64,000 nucleotides of DNA from Planctomycetota bacterium (GTDB lineage: Bacteria; Planctomycetota; UBA1135; UBA2386): assembly GCA_947501605.1 (NCBI GenBank), contig CANMWZ010000004.1, forward strand, positions 64,001 through 128,000. Reading direction: 5' to 3'. Positions 21,075-30,667 of this stretch are shown in pieces. Below the pieces are notes generated by a model, which saw only the letters and a program-made list of their open reading frames with translations, did not search any database and was not told the origin of the DNA. A program made the translations under genes and the position numbers. Every line of letters starts with the position of its first letter. The stretch's first letter is position 1.

Positions 21075-22217
21075 TCAGGTGCTGCTGCCACCGCGCTCGT
21101 GCCCCAGGGGTAGCCAGACGCGGAACTCGGCGCCCTGGCCCGGCGAGCTACGAAGGGTGATCGCGCCGCCGAAGCTGTCGACGAGGCTCTTGCTGATCGA
21201 CAGACCGAGGCCGGTGCCGCCGCGGCCTCGCTTGGTCGTGAAGAACGGCTCGAAGATCCGGTCGCCGAGTTGCGCCGGCACACCTGGTCCGGTGTCGCGT
21301 ACGACAATCGATGCCCCGCCACCGTCGCGCAGCACTCCTAGGATGATGCGCCGAGGGCCGTCCGCCTGGGTCAGGATCGCGTCGCGTGCATTGTTGAGCA
21401 GGTTGAGCAGCACCTGCTGGAGCTGTGAGCAGTCGGCGGGAACGGGCGGGACGCCGGCTTCGATGTCGAGGTCGATTTGCACGCCTTGGCGGGCGAAGGC
21501 CGCGCGCACCAGTCGCACGGTGCGATCGACGACGTCGGCCAGATCCGTTGGCTGCGGGTCCAGCCGATCGTTGCGCGCGAACTCGAGCAGGTCGCGCACG
21601 ATGTTGGCGATGCGTGCGCCTTCGTCGGCAATGATGGCGGCGTTCTCCTTGGCGTCATCACCGTCGCGGATCAACTGCGCGCAGTTGAGCACGGTGTTGA
21701 TCGGGTTGTTGATCTCGTGGGCTACGCCAGCGGCGAGTTCGCCGATCGCGGCCAAGCGTTCGGCGAGCGAGAGCTTTGCCTGCAATTGCTTGCGCTCGGA
21801 TATGTCGCGCATGATGGCGACGAAGAGGCGGCGGTGGTCGACCGAGCCTTCGCCGACCGAGAGGTCTATCGGGAACGCCGAACCGTCTCTGCGCCGCGCC
21901 GTCACTTCGCGGCCGATGCCGATGATCTTGGCGATGCCAGTATCAAGGTAGTTGCGTACGTAGCCGGCGTGCTCGGTCGCGTAGGGGGGGGCCATCAGCA
22001 AGGTGACGTCCTTGCCGAGTAGTTCGCCGGGGCCGAACCCGAACATCAACTCGGCGGCGCGGTTCGCCATGATGATGCGGCCGTTCTCCTCCATCGAGAC
22101 GATGGCCTCGGTGGCCGTCGAAATGATGGCGCGCATGAGGCTGACTTCGTCTGCGAACGACAACGGTCCTACTTGCCGTGTGGGTTCGTCGTCAGGATGT
22201 GTCGGAGTTGGTGTCAT
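21075..22217 (-). CDS. Cytoplasmic PAS sensor histidine kinase, FixL-like
   Basis: PAS LMAPPYATEHAGYV...KIIGIGREVTARRRDGSAFPIDLSV, H-box AHEINNP, N-box QVLLNLLNNA, DTGPG, FEPFFTTK and GTGLGL. Confidence 0.92.
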   Translation of the reverse strand: MTPTPTHPDDEPTRQVGPLSFADEVSLMRAIISTATEAIVSMEENGRIIMANRAAELMFGFGPGELLGKDVTLLMAPPYATEHAGYVRNYLDTGIAKIIGIGREVTARRRDGSAFPIDLSVGEGSVDHRRLFVAIMRDISERKQLQAKLSLAERLAAIGELAAGVAHEINNPINTVLNCAQLIRDGDDAKENAAIIADEGARIANIVRDLLEFARNDRLDPQPTDLADVVDRTVRLVRAAFARQGVQIDLDIEAGVPPVPADCSQLQQVLLNLLNNARDAILTQADGPRRIILGVLRDGGGASIVVRDTGPGVPAQLGDRIFEPFFTTKRGRGGTGLGLSISKSLVDSFGGAITLRSSPGQGAEFRVWLPLGHERGGSST

Positions 22218-22377
22218 GCGCGCGGCGCGATGCTATGCGCTGTCGCCGTCGTGAAGAAGTCGTCGTGCGCGGGTGCCTGCGGGTTGAGCCGCTCTCTGCG
22301 TGGCGTGGACGGGGCCAGATCCTGGGACTCGGTGCAGTTGCCAATGCAACAACGCAGTCCGTTTGCAGGGCGAGCGA

Positions 22378-22393
22378 TGGCGGGATCGTTGCT
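22378..22393 (+). promoter_or_regulatory. Possible sigma54 -24/-12 element upstream of the receiver-kinase gene
   Basis: TGGCGGGATCGTTGCT has GG-N10-GC spacing with TGGC and TTGCT, but mismatches in the ACG core. Confidence 0.3.
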
Positions 22394-22571
22394 CGACGGG
22401 CTGCCAATCGACGCCGGAGTGCGTACGTGAACCGTCCACAGTTCGAACTTCCCCATGGGTCGGAGGGCTGAGTGCCGAAGTTCTCCTTCTGCCGCCTATG
22501 GCAATGGCCTGGCGCCGACGACATGTTGGATGGACCTGCTGCGAGGAGCAGAGCGACTTTGTGCGACAACC

Positions 22572-23696
22572 ATGCCGCGAATCATCCTGATTGACGACGA
22601 GCCCAACCTGCGCCGGACGCTGGCCCGCTTGCTCGAACTCGAAGGGCATCAGGTCCTGACCGGCGGGAGCTTCGCCGAGGTAGAGGCGCACCTCCATCCA
22701 GGCGGCTTCGATGTGCTGGTGTCCGACATCTTGATGCCCGAGTTCGACGGCGTGCAGATCCTGCGTGAAGTCGTGGATGGCCGCGGCTGCCGCGAGCCCG
22801 TGGTCTTGATCACGGGGCAGCCAAGCATCGAATCGGCGTCGGAAGCGGTCCGCCACGGCGCCTTCGACTACATCCGCAAGCCGGTCACAAAAGTGAAGTT
22901 GATCGAGGTGGTGGCGCGTGGACTGCGTCACGTCGAGCTGTTGCGCGAGCGCGATCGGGCTCGGTCCAAGGAAATGGAGCTGTTGAAGAACCTCGCGATC
23001 CTCGGCGAGGAAGCCTCGTTGCTCACGCACGAGATCCGCACGCCGATCACGAGCCTGCGTCACGCGTTGCACGCCGTCGCCGACAAACTCGGCATCGCCG
23101 AGCGCGTCGTGGTGGAGGATCTGGTCAAGAACATCCAACGCATCGAGCGTCTCTTGACGCATACGCTGTCGTTCGCTCGACCACTCGAGTTGAGCACTGC
23201 CGCCCTCGAGCTTGCCGATGTGGCGCGCGACGCCATTGCGCAAGTCGAGGCTCATCCAGACCGACCGGCGATGCAGATCGACCTCCGAACGGGTGGTCCG
23301 TCGGCGCTCGTGGATGCCGACCCCGACCTGCTGGCCGAAGTGCTGGTCAACTTGCTTCGCAATGCATGCGAGGCCTGCGCCAGCAAGAGGGCGCGCGGCG
23401 AAAGGGGCACCATTCTGCTGTCCGTTGGTGGCGATTCGAGTCACGCCTGGATCGACGTGCGCGATGACGGGCCCGGCGTTCCCGCCACCGAACGAGACGA
23501 AATCTTCCGGCTGTTCCGTAGTTCGAAAGAAGGTGGAACCGGCATCGGTCTTGCCTTCAGCCGCAAGATTGCCGAGTCGCATCGCGGCACGCTTGAGCTC
23601 CTGGACACTCCCGGTCCTGGGGCCTGCTTCCGCTTGAAGCTACCGCGTTATCTTCCACGTCCGCTCATTCCTGACACTCGATTGAAAGCACCATGA
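22572..23696 (+). CDS. Hybrid protein: N-terminal receiver plus histidine kinase
   Basis: ILIDDE...VSDILMPEFDG...ITG...DYIRKP receiver, then THEIRTP, VNLLRNA, DDGPG and GTGIGL. Confidence 0.92.
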   Translation: MPRIILIDDEPNLRRTLARLLELEGHQVLTGGSFAEVEAHLHPGGFDVLVSDILMPEFDGVQILREVVDGRGCREPVVLITGQPSIESASEAVRHGAFDYIRKPVTKVKLIEVVARGLRHVELLRERDRARSKEMELLKNLAILGEEASLLTHEIRTPITSLRHALHAVADKLGIAERVVVEDLVKNIQRIERLLTHTLSFARPLELSTAALELADVARDAIAQVEAHPDRPAMQIDLRTGGPSALVDADPDLLAEVLVNLLRNACEACASKRARGERGTILLSVGGDSSHAWIDVRDDGPGVPATERDEIFRLFRSSKEGGTGIGLAFSRKIAESHRGTLELLDTPGPGACFRLKLPRYLPRPLIPDTRLKAP

Positions 23697-24358
23697 CCGA
23701 AGCGAAGCCCATCACGATCGTGCTCATCGATGACCAAGCCATCGTCCGTGCGGCGTTCCGTTCGTTGATCGAACGCAACGTGCGCTTCAAGGTCGTCGGG
23801 GATGCGGGCGACGCGCGCAAGGGGATCGATCTCGTTGCCGCGCTTCAGCCAGACGTGGTCATCCTCGACATCACAATGCCAGGCCTTTCTGGCATCGACG
23901 CCGTCGGGCCCGTGAAGAAGGCCAGCCCGCACACCAAGGTGTTGATGGCATCCCAGCACGAGGGGCAGAAGTTCGTGCAGCAGGCGTTGCAAGCCGGTGC
24001 AGATGGCTACCTGTCCAAGGACAGCGATCCGACCGAGTTGGGCTTGGCGATCGACGCGATCCAACGTGGCGACTCGTTCCTGTCACCGAAGGTCGCTGGT
24101 GGCATCATGGCACGCGCTGTGCGTGGCGATTCGATGCCGATGAGCGAGTCCTGTGCACTCGACGAACTCACCAAGCGCGAACGCGAGGTCTTCCAACTCC
24201 TGGCGCTCGGCAAGGCCAACAAGGAAGTGGCGGCGATGTTGTCTCTGTCCGTTGGCACGGTGAAGAAGCACCGTGAGAACTTGCAGCGCAAACTCGACTG
24301 CCACTCGCCGGCCGACATCGCGCGCCTCGCGATTCGCGAAGGCCTTCTCGGCGCCTAG
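23693..24358 (+). CDS. NarL/LuxR-family response regulator
   Basis: LIDDQ...ILDITMPGLSG receiver and an LTKREREVFQLLALGKANKEVA...TVKKHRENL HTH. Overlaps the upstream gene by 4 bp. Confidence 0.94.
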   Translation: MTEAKPITIVLIDDQAIVRAAFRSLIERNVRFKVVGDAGDARKGIDLVAALQPDVVILDITMPGLSGIDAVGPVKKASPHTKVLMASQHEGQKFVQQALQAGADGYLSKDSDPTELGLAIDAIQRGDSFLSPKVAGGIMARAVRGDSMPMSESCALDELTKREREVFQLLALGKANKEVAAMLSLSVGTVKKHRENLQRKLDCHSPADIARLAIREGLLGA

Positions 24359-24823
24359 CGAGGATCCTGCTCGGCGCCCAGCGACGCCGCGAGTCGGCGC
24401 GAGTCGGCGCGCGCGAGCCGCCGCCTGAATTGGCGGTCCGACAGCAGGTCGCCGCATGGCTCGGTGCTGGCTGGTTGGTCTGCGACTCGCTTCGCTGGCA
24501 CAGGATTCCGGCGCCTGGCTGCGACTTGCGCGGCGGTGCCGTGGATCGTCGCGTGTGAGGGTCCCTTGCGGTCCCTGCTCGCCCACGCGGGTGCGTAGGC
24601 GAGCGCCGGAGGCCACCAGGTTCCTGGCCGCGAGCCTTGAGCCAAGCGAGGTCACGCGGGGACTTGGCGTCGGCGGCATTCGGCCCGGTCGATGGGGCCG
24701 CGCTCGGTCGGGCGCTGCGGTTCGGACCGGCGACGGCCGGATCGCAGGAGTCGCGCAGTTGCAGGTGACGACTGCGGCGGGCACCATCGGCAGCCGCGGC
24801 CCAGATGCGCCGCGACAAGGTCC

Positions 24824-25672
24824 ATGGAACTCGAGCCTGCAGGCATCATCCCGCCCGACGACGATCCCGTGTTGGGGCGCCATCCGGCGGTTGCACGGGT
24901 TGAGTCCGCACTGGACGCCGGGCGCGACGAGGAAGCGCTCGAGCTGGCCGAGAAGGCCCTCGCCGCCGGCGAAGGCGATCGGCTCGATCTGCTGTATCTT
25001 GCGGGCGATGCCATGCTGGCTCTGGGGCGTGCGCGCGACGCCGAGGCCCGCTTTCGTGCGGTCCTGGCTGTGGACGGGGGGTGCCCGACCTCGCGTTGCT
25101 GGCTCGCAATGGCGCTCTTTCGACAGTGCCGGTTCGAGGAGTCGATGGTCGAGTGCGACCAGTCCCTTGCGAATGCGCAGGCGCCGATCGATGCCCATGT
25201 AGTTCGCGGGTTGTTGCTCGAACGCCGCGAGGATTTCGCCGGCGCCGATGCGTGCTTTGCCCACGCCGCTGATGCCGATCCTGATCGCTTCCAGACGCCG
25301 GTTCGGCTGTCGCGGCGGGAGTTCGATGTGCAGGTGCGCCTTTCGGCGCGACGGCTGCCGCGGCAGTTTCGGCGGCATTTGGACCGTGTGCCTGTGATCG
25401 TGCAGGACTTGCCGGCGCTCGAGCTTCTGCGCGGCGGTGGTGACGATCTTGATCCGGAGCTACTCGGGTTGTTCGACGGGACGCCGCTGCCGGACACCGG
25501 CGGCGCGCTGGAGTTGCGGCCGAACTACATCTACTTGTTCCAGCGAAATCTCGAGCGGATCGCTCGCGATCGGGAGGACTTGATCGAGCAGGTCTCGATC
25601 ACGCTGTACCACGAACTCGGTCACTACCTTGGGCTCGACGAAGACGACCTCGACGAGATGGGGCTCGGCTGA
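24824..25672 (+). CDS. TPR-repeat plus zincin-like metallopeptidase (Zincin_1 type)
   Basis: Helical TPR-like repeats, then ELLGLFDG, IYLFQRNL and TLYHELGHYLGLDEDDL (HExxH). Confidence 0.85.
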   Translation: MELEPAGIIPPDDDPVLGRHPAVARVESALDAGRDEEALELAEKALAAGEGDRLDLLYLAGDAMLALGRARDAEARFRAVLAVDGGCPTSRCWLAMALFRQCRFEESMVECDQSLANAQAPIDAHVVRGLLLERREDFAGADACFAHAADADPDRFQTPVRLSRREFDVQVRLSARRLPRQFRRHLDRVPVIVQDLPALELLRGGGDDLDPELLGLFDGTPLPDTGGALELRPNYIYLFQRNLERIARDREDLIEQVSITLYHELGHYLGLDEDDLDEMGLG

Positions 25673-25678
25673 TCGGAG

Positions 25679-26170
25679 TCATCCCTGCGGTGGCGTCGCC
25701 CCGAGACTTGTTCTACGGCTTTGCACGCGTCCACCGCGGACCGTGAGGACAAACGTGACCGGTCCATCGTTGCAGAGTGTCACCGCCATCTTGGCGCCGA
25801 ACACGCCCGTGGCGACCGATAGGCCGAGCTTCTGCAGTCCGTTGGCAACCTGCAGGTAGAGCGCTTCTGCGCGCGTCGGGTCCTCAGCTGCGGTGAAGCT
25901 CGGGCGGTTTCCATCCGCGAGTTCTGCTGCCAAGGTGAACTGGCTGATGACGAGCAGGCTGCCACCGCTCTCGGCGCACGTCGCATCCATCGGGGTGCGG
26001 CCGGGAAAGCAGCGCAGTTTCGCAAGCTTCTGGGCCGTGGCGTCAGCGTCGGCTTCGTTGTCGCCGCGTTCGACGCCCACGAGCAGCATGAGTCCGGCGC
26101 CAATCGCTCCGACTTCGCGGTCCTCGACGCGGACGCTGGCGTGCTGGACTCGTTGGACGACTGTGATCAT
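25679..26170 (-). CDS. dtd: D-aminoacyl-tRNA deacylase
   Basis: MITVVQRV, ISQFTL, GNRPSF, GVFGAKM and NDGPVT motifs. Confidence 0.95.
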   Translation of the reverse strand: MITVVQRVQHASVRVEDREVGAIGAGLMLLVGVERGDNEADADATAQKLAKLRCFPGRTPMDATCAESGGSLLVISQFTLAAELADGNRPSFTAAEDPTRAEALYLQVANGLQKLGLSVATGVFGAKMAVTLCNDGPVTFVLTVRGGRVQSRRTSLGATPPQG

Positions 26171-26241
26171 GAGCGCAGCACGATGCGGCGTGAGCATGCC
26201 GGCCGCCGGCGCCATGTAAAGGCACCGGCGGCGCCGCGCGA

Positions 26242-26664
26242 TCAGGTCGCGCGGATGGGCACGCGCACCGGCTGCGGCTTCTCGTGCTTCTGCACGGTGA
26301 TGGTGAGTACACCGTGCTCGAGCTTGGCATCGACGCTGGCGCAGTTCGCCGTTTCGGGCAGCACGATCGTCCGTGCGCGCTTGCCAAAGCGCTGCTCGCG
26401 GCGGTGCCAGCGCAGTCCTTCGGGCTGGTCTGCCAGCTTCCGTTCGGCGCTGATCTTCAGATTGCGGTCGTGGATCTCGATCGTCACGTCCTGCTCGGCG
26501 ATGCCGGGCAGCTCCAGCGACAACACCAAAGTCGTCGCGGTCTCGGCGATGTCGGTAGCCGGTGCAGTGGCACCTGGGAACGCCTCGGGAAGCGTGTCGG
26601 CGAAGAACGAGTCCATCAGGCCGGCAAGAGGGTGGCGGGCGGTGGCAAGAGGGTGTTGGTTCAT
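26242..26664 (-). CDS. Small heat shock protein (Hsp20/alpha-crystallin)
   Basis: PATDIAE, ELPG, ISAERK, REQRFG and AKLEHGVLTITVQK motifs. AGGAG RBS. Confidence 0.93.
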   Translation of the reverse strand: MNQHPLATARHPLAGLMDSFFADTLPEAFPGATAPATDIAETATTLVLSLELPGIAEQDVTIEIHDRNLKISAERKLADQPEGLRWHRREQRFGKRARTIVLPETANCASVDAKLEHGVLTITVQKHEKPQPVRVPIRAT

Positions 26665-26700
26665 GGCTAGCTCCTATTCAGGTTGGATGCCCGCCGGTAG

Positions 26701-26716
26701 GCAAGGGGCGTGCCGG
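26701..26716 (-). promoter_or_regulatory. Sigma54 (-24/-12) promoter of the hsp20 gene
   Basis: The minus strand reads CCGGCACGCCCCTTGC (GGCACG-N4-TTGC), 37 bp upstream of the ATG. Confidence 0.65.
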
Positions 26717-26823
26717 AATGGCGTGATGGAGCGAAGTGCCTTAAATGCAGTAGTTAAGGCTCGATATCTCGATCGCGTCCATGCTCGGAAGCTGCCATTT
26801 TGGATGGCGACTGCCAGAATGGC

Positions 26824-28371
26824 TTAGAGCTGTCGGGGCCCCAGCTCGCGCCAAAGCCAGCGTCGGTCCAGGCGAGCGCACGCCTTGCGCGCGGCCTTCC
26901 CTGCATCTTGGTAGGAAGCATGGCTCAGGGTTGCAAGCGAGCCAAACAGTGCGGCGGCTCGCGGCCTCGCAGGCTCTGCGCTCGGCGGTTCGATCAGCAA
27001 CAGCAGGCGATCGACCTCGGCGGTGTGGTCGCAGAGCGCCCCCATTTTGACCAGCGCCTGGTCGACGCGGCCTCGTGCGCGGTTGCCCAGTGAGGGCACA
27101 GTCGGGGCGAGTTCCTGGCACAGGATACGCAAGCGCTTCGTCGCGAGTCGCAGCTCGTGGACCTGGTTGATGGGCGGGTCCTCGCCAAGTTCGCGCAGCA
27201 ACTTGCGCACGTGGCGTGCGGCACGCCGTCGCGCGATCGCCGCGCTGGCGGCGGGCAGCGCGCTTTCGCTCGGCTCGAACTCACCGCCTTCGCACAAGAT
27301 TCCGAGCTGGGCGAGTTCCTGGAGATGGGACTCGCCGCGCAAGTGCTCACGAACACTCGCCAGCGCGCCCTCGCGGGTTCTCCCCAGCATGTCCGTCAAT
27401 CGGTCCATCTCGGCGCGCAACGCCGACGGGACGCGATTCAGCAGCCGCGGCAGTCGTTGCAATTGGACGTCGCAGGCGCGTACCTCCGCGCAAGCGCGGT
27501 GCAGCGAGATCACTGCCTGCTTCGCCCGCACGAGCGCCTCTGGATGGAACAGTGAGCGGAACGCGCCAAAGAGCACTCGCAAGCGGCGCAGGCTTACCCG
27601 GAGCGCGTGCACGTCCGTGGGGGCGCCGCTGCCTCGCACCGCCGCTTCGTGTTGACGGAGCGCTTCGTACGAACGGCGCAGAACCACCGCGAGCAGGGTG
27701 CCGAGCGTGCGCGGCGGCGTATCGTCGTCGTGCGGCTCGGGCAGCAGCGCAAGCACACGCAGCGAGTGGGTCAGCTTGTCATCGATGGCGGGCTCGACGG
27801 GCAGGATCGCCAACACTTGCTCGATCGCGCGGTGGCACGCAGGCAGGTCGGCGTGCACTTCGAGTTCGATCTCGAAGAATGACGTCGAGCGGCCGTTCAC
27901 GTCGGCAGTGACTCGGTCGACGGCGAACTCGCCGATCGACGTGCCGCCGTGGGCCAGCGCCAAGCGCTCGCGCTCGACGTGCAACTCGACCATGGGACGC
28001 AACGGGCGGTCCAGCGAGAATGGCTCGATGGCATCGCGCAAGCGCTCGGGTAGTGCCTGCGCGCAGGATGGAAGCGCGGTTCCTTGCCACGGCGCCTCGA
28101 TCTCGGTGCGCACGTGCAACGCGCCTTCGCGTTTTCCGCGGCGCTTGTAGCAGAGTACTCCGTCGTCCTCGCTGCGCCGCAGTCGAAGGCCGATCCCCCG
28201 TCGCAGCAAACACTGGCGGTCGTCGTCGAGGTAGACATCGCGGTGCTGCCCGCTGCCCATGGGGGCGAGCTCGAAACCGCTGTCACGGAGCGCGTCTACG
28301 AGAGCTTCGGCGCGGATTGCGATCGCTGCGCGCAGCTTGAACTCGAGCTCCGGTTGACGTTCCTGGTTCAT
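26824..28371 (-). CDS. CYTH plus CHAD domain protein (polyphosphate/triphosphate related)
   Basis: ExExK (ELEFK), DVYLD, GLRLRR and EIELE of CYTH; VHALRVSLRRLR and HELRLATKRLR of CHAD. Confidence 0.88.
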   Translation of the reverse strand: MNQERQPELEFKLRAAIAIRAEALVDALRDSGFELAPMGSGQHRDVYLDDDRQCLLRRGIGLRLRRSEDDGVLCYKRRGKREGALHVRTEIEAPWQGTALPSCAQALPERLRDAIEPFSLDRPLRPMVELHVERERLALAHGGTSIGEFAVDRVTADVNGRSTSFFEIELEVHADLPACHRAIEQVLAILPVEPAIDDKLTHSLRVLALLPEPHDDDTPPRTLGTLLAVVLRRSYEALRQHEAAVRGSGAPTDVHALRVSLRRLRVLFGAFRSLFHPEALVRAKQAVISLHRACAEVRACDVQLQRLPRLLNRVPSALRAEMDRLTDMLGRTREGALASVREHLRGESHLQELAQLGILCEGGEFEPSESALPAASAAIARRRAARHVRKLLRELGEDPPINQVHELRLATKRLRILCQELAPTVPSLGNRARGRVDQALVKMGALCDHTAEVDRLLLLIEPPSAEPARPRAAALFGSLATLSHASYQDAGKAARKACARLDRRWLWRELGPRQL

Positions 28372-29903
28372 GGTCGCAACAACACGACTTCCTTGCCGAA
28401 GAGCTGTTGGAACAGCTCGCTCTTCTCGGCGACAGCCTGTCGCTCGAGGGTGAGTTGACTGTGCTGGCCCGGGGCGAGTCTTGGCAACAGCTCGACACGG
28501 TTCTCGGCAAAGCGGACCGAGATCGTGCGCACGAGGCCGGCGTGTTGGCGGTCGAGCGCGTCTGCGAGTCGCAGCAATGAGGCGAGTCGTTCGACGGAGC
28601 TGCGGTCGCGGCGACGCAGCCGTGAGTAGGCTTCATGTTCGCGGTTTGGTGGCGAGCGACGGTGGTACCGAGCGAGCAGGGCGACGAAGCGCCGTTCGTC
28701 GTCGGCGAGGCCGACGATGTCGCTCGACTCGATCAGATACTGCGAGTGCTTGTGGTGTCCGTCGTTGTTGACCGCGACGCCGATGTCGTGGAGCAGCGCG
28801 GCGGCCTCGAGCAAGACTCGTGCTCGTGCATCGAGGCCATGCAGTTCGCGCATTTGATCGAACAGCTGGCGCGAGAGTTCGAGAACCGTCTCGGCGTGCT
28901 CGGTCTCGAAGTGGTAGCGCCGGCCGAGTGCCCGGCACGCCGACAAGACGGTCTCCACATGGGCTTCTGGCGCGAATGCGTCGAAGTGACCCGCTGCGAG
29001 TTCGGCGAGCAACCCGTCCTTGATGCCGACGCGAGGCACCAGCACGTGGCTGCAACCAGCGAGTTCGCCGATGCGGACGTAGACGACGCCAGCGGGCACG
29101 ATCGTGTCGGCGCGATCCGCCTTGAGGCCGCGCTTTGCCATGCGTTCGTCATAGCTGAGCTCCGCCAGCGCCAGGACCTCGTTGCGGGCAGCGTCGAGCC
29201 GGCAGCTGTCGATGTCGCCCTGGCCCGGCTCTGGACCGACGAGGTCGCAGAGGCTCTCGATGTTGCCACCGACGGCGACGTAGCGGTCGATCCGCCCAGC
29301 GGCGAAATGGTCGCCAATGCGCCGTTCGAGGCCGCGCAGGTGGCGTTGCAGCAAGTCGACGAAGGTCTCGCCGGTGGCCTGTGCGTCGGGCAGCATCGAC
29401 AGCAAGCGCAACGCGCCAAGGCGGTACGAGTCAGCCTCGACAACCTGACCGTTTTCGACCACGACGATCTCGACGCTGCCGCCGCCGACATCGACCAGCA
29501 CCGAGCGACCGCGTTGCAAGTCGATGCGGGTTTCCACCGCGCGCGCCAAGAGCCATGCCTCCTGGGTCCCAGAAATCACCTCGATCTCGATGCCAGAGGC
29601 TGCGCGCACTCGATCGATCAACACGTCGCGATTTCGAGCTTCGCGCACCGCGGAGGTGGCGATCGCCCGAACCTGTTTGACTTCGAACCGGTCGCAGGTC
29701 GCTCGAAACCGGCGGAACGCATCCACGACGTTGGAGATCAGGGTCTCGGGTACCTGACCGCTCGCAAACACCTCCCGCCCGAGTCGGACCGGGAGGCGGT
29801 GGTTCTCGACGATCGTGGTGCCCGATGGGCCGACTTCAGCAACCAGCATGCGGATCGCGTTGGATCCCATGTCGACGATTCCAATGCGCGGTGGCACTGC
29901 CAT
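28368..29903 (-). CDS. ppx: Ppx/GppA exopolyphosphatase with a C-terminal HD domain
   Basis: IVDMGSNAIR, ATSAVREARN, ISGTQEA, VDVGGGSVE, RADTI, ALLHDIG and HHKHS motifs. Confidence 0.93.
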   Translation of the reverse strand: MAVPPRIGIVDMGSNAIRMLVAEVGPSGTTIVENHRLPVRLGREVFASGQVPETLISNVVDAFRRFRATCDRFEVKQVRAIATSAVREARNRDVLIDRVRAASGIEIEVISGTQEAWLLARAVETRIDLQRGRSVLVDVGGGSVEIVVVENGQVVEADSYRLGALRLLSMLPDAQATGETFVDLLQRHLRGLERRIGDHFAAGRIDRYVAVGGNIESLCDLVGPEPGQGDIDSCRLDAARNEVLALAELSYDERMAKRGLKADRADTIVPAGVVYVRIGELAGCSHVLVPRVGIKDGLLAELAAGHFDAFAPEAHVETVLSACRALGRRYHFETEHAETVLELSRQLFDQMRELHGLDARARVLLEAAALLHDIGVAVNNDGHHKHSQYLIESSDIVGLADDERRFVALLARYHRRSPPNREHEAYSRLRRRDRSSVERLASLLRLADALDRQHAGLVRTISVRFAENRVELLPRLAPGQHSQLTLERQAVAEKSELFQQLFGKEVVLLRP

Positions 29904-30005
29904 GGTGGGTCAACGTAGCGAACAAACCGGCGCTGGCCACCGGTTGTTCGCCCACCGCGAACCGCCGGGCTGAACTGGGGAGCCAGCTTGCTACACTTCG
30001 CCGCC

Positions 30006-30641
30006 ATGGCTGAGCGCCCCGAAGACCCGAAGGACCCGCTGCCGCTTTCCAGCACGCTGCACCACGTCAAGCAGGTGCAAGACGAGGTCGACGTCGATGT
30101 CCACTGGACCAATCTGCACACCAAGATGCAGAAGTGGATCGAGGATGCGGTTCGCCACGAGAACCTGCCGGCTGACCGGAGTCTGGATGACCTAGCGCAG
30201 GACGTGTTGTTGCAGATCTGCAAGGACATCGGCGAGTTCAAGATCGAACCCGGCGCGTCGTTTTCGGGCTGGGTCAAGACCGTTGCCAAGCGCAAGTTGC
30301 TCGACACCTGGCGCCGCGCCCGTACGACGAAGCGAGGCAAGGGCAAGCTGCGTCACCTCGGCGAGTTCGACGAAGAGGGGGGACGCGAGCATTTTGCCGA
30401 CGAACGAAGCGAGCGACCCAGCATGTTGGTCCGCTACGACGAACTCAGTCGATCGATGCTGCAAGCGATGCAGAAGCTCAGCGACAAGCATCGCCGCGTG
30501 ATCGAGCTGCGCATGTTCCAGGGCAAGGCCTACAGCGAGATCCTCGGCGAGCTCGGCTACACCAAGGAAGTCACGGTTCGGTCGCTCTACATGCGTGCCG
30601 TGCAGGAACTACAGGCATTGCTTCAGCCCTACGCGGACTGA
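30006..30641 (+). CDS. ECF-type RNA polymerase sigma factor
   Basis: DDLAQDV...FSGWVKTVAKRKLLDTWR (region 2) and LSDKHRRVIELRMFQGKAYSEI...TVRSLYMRA (region 4). Confidence 0.85.
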   Translation: MAERPEDPKDPLPLSSTLHHVKQVQDEVDVDVHWTNLHTKMQKWIEDAVRHENLPADRSLDDLAQDVLLQICKDIGEFKIEPGASFSGWVKTVAKRKLLDTWRRARTTKRGKGKLRHLGEFDEEGGREHFADERSERPSMLVRYDELSRSMLQAMQKLSDKHRRVIELRMFQGKAYSEILGELGYTKEVTVRSLYMRAVQELQALLQPYAD

Positions 30642-30667
30642 CGGGCCGGACGCTCTCGCCGACGAAG

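Noticed and set aside
24359..24823. 465-bp gap with a short CGCGAGTCGG duplication and ORFs on both strands
   Set aside because: No credible gene, RNA family or extended repeat is recognisable.
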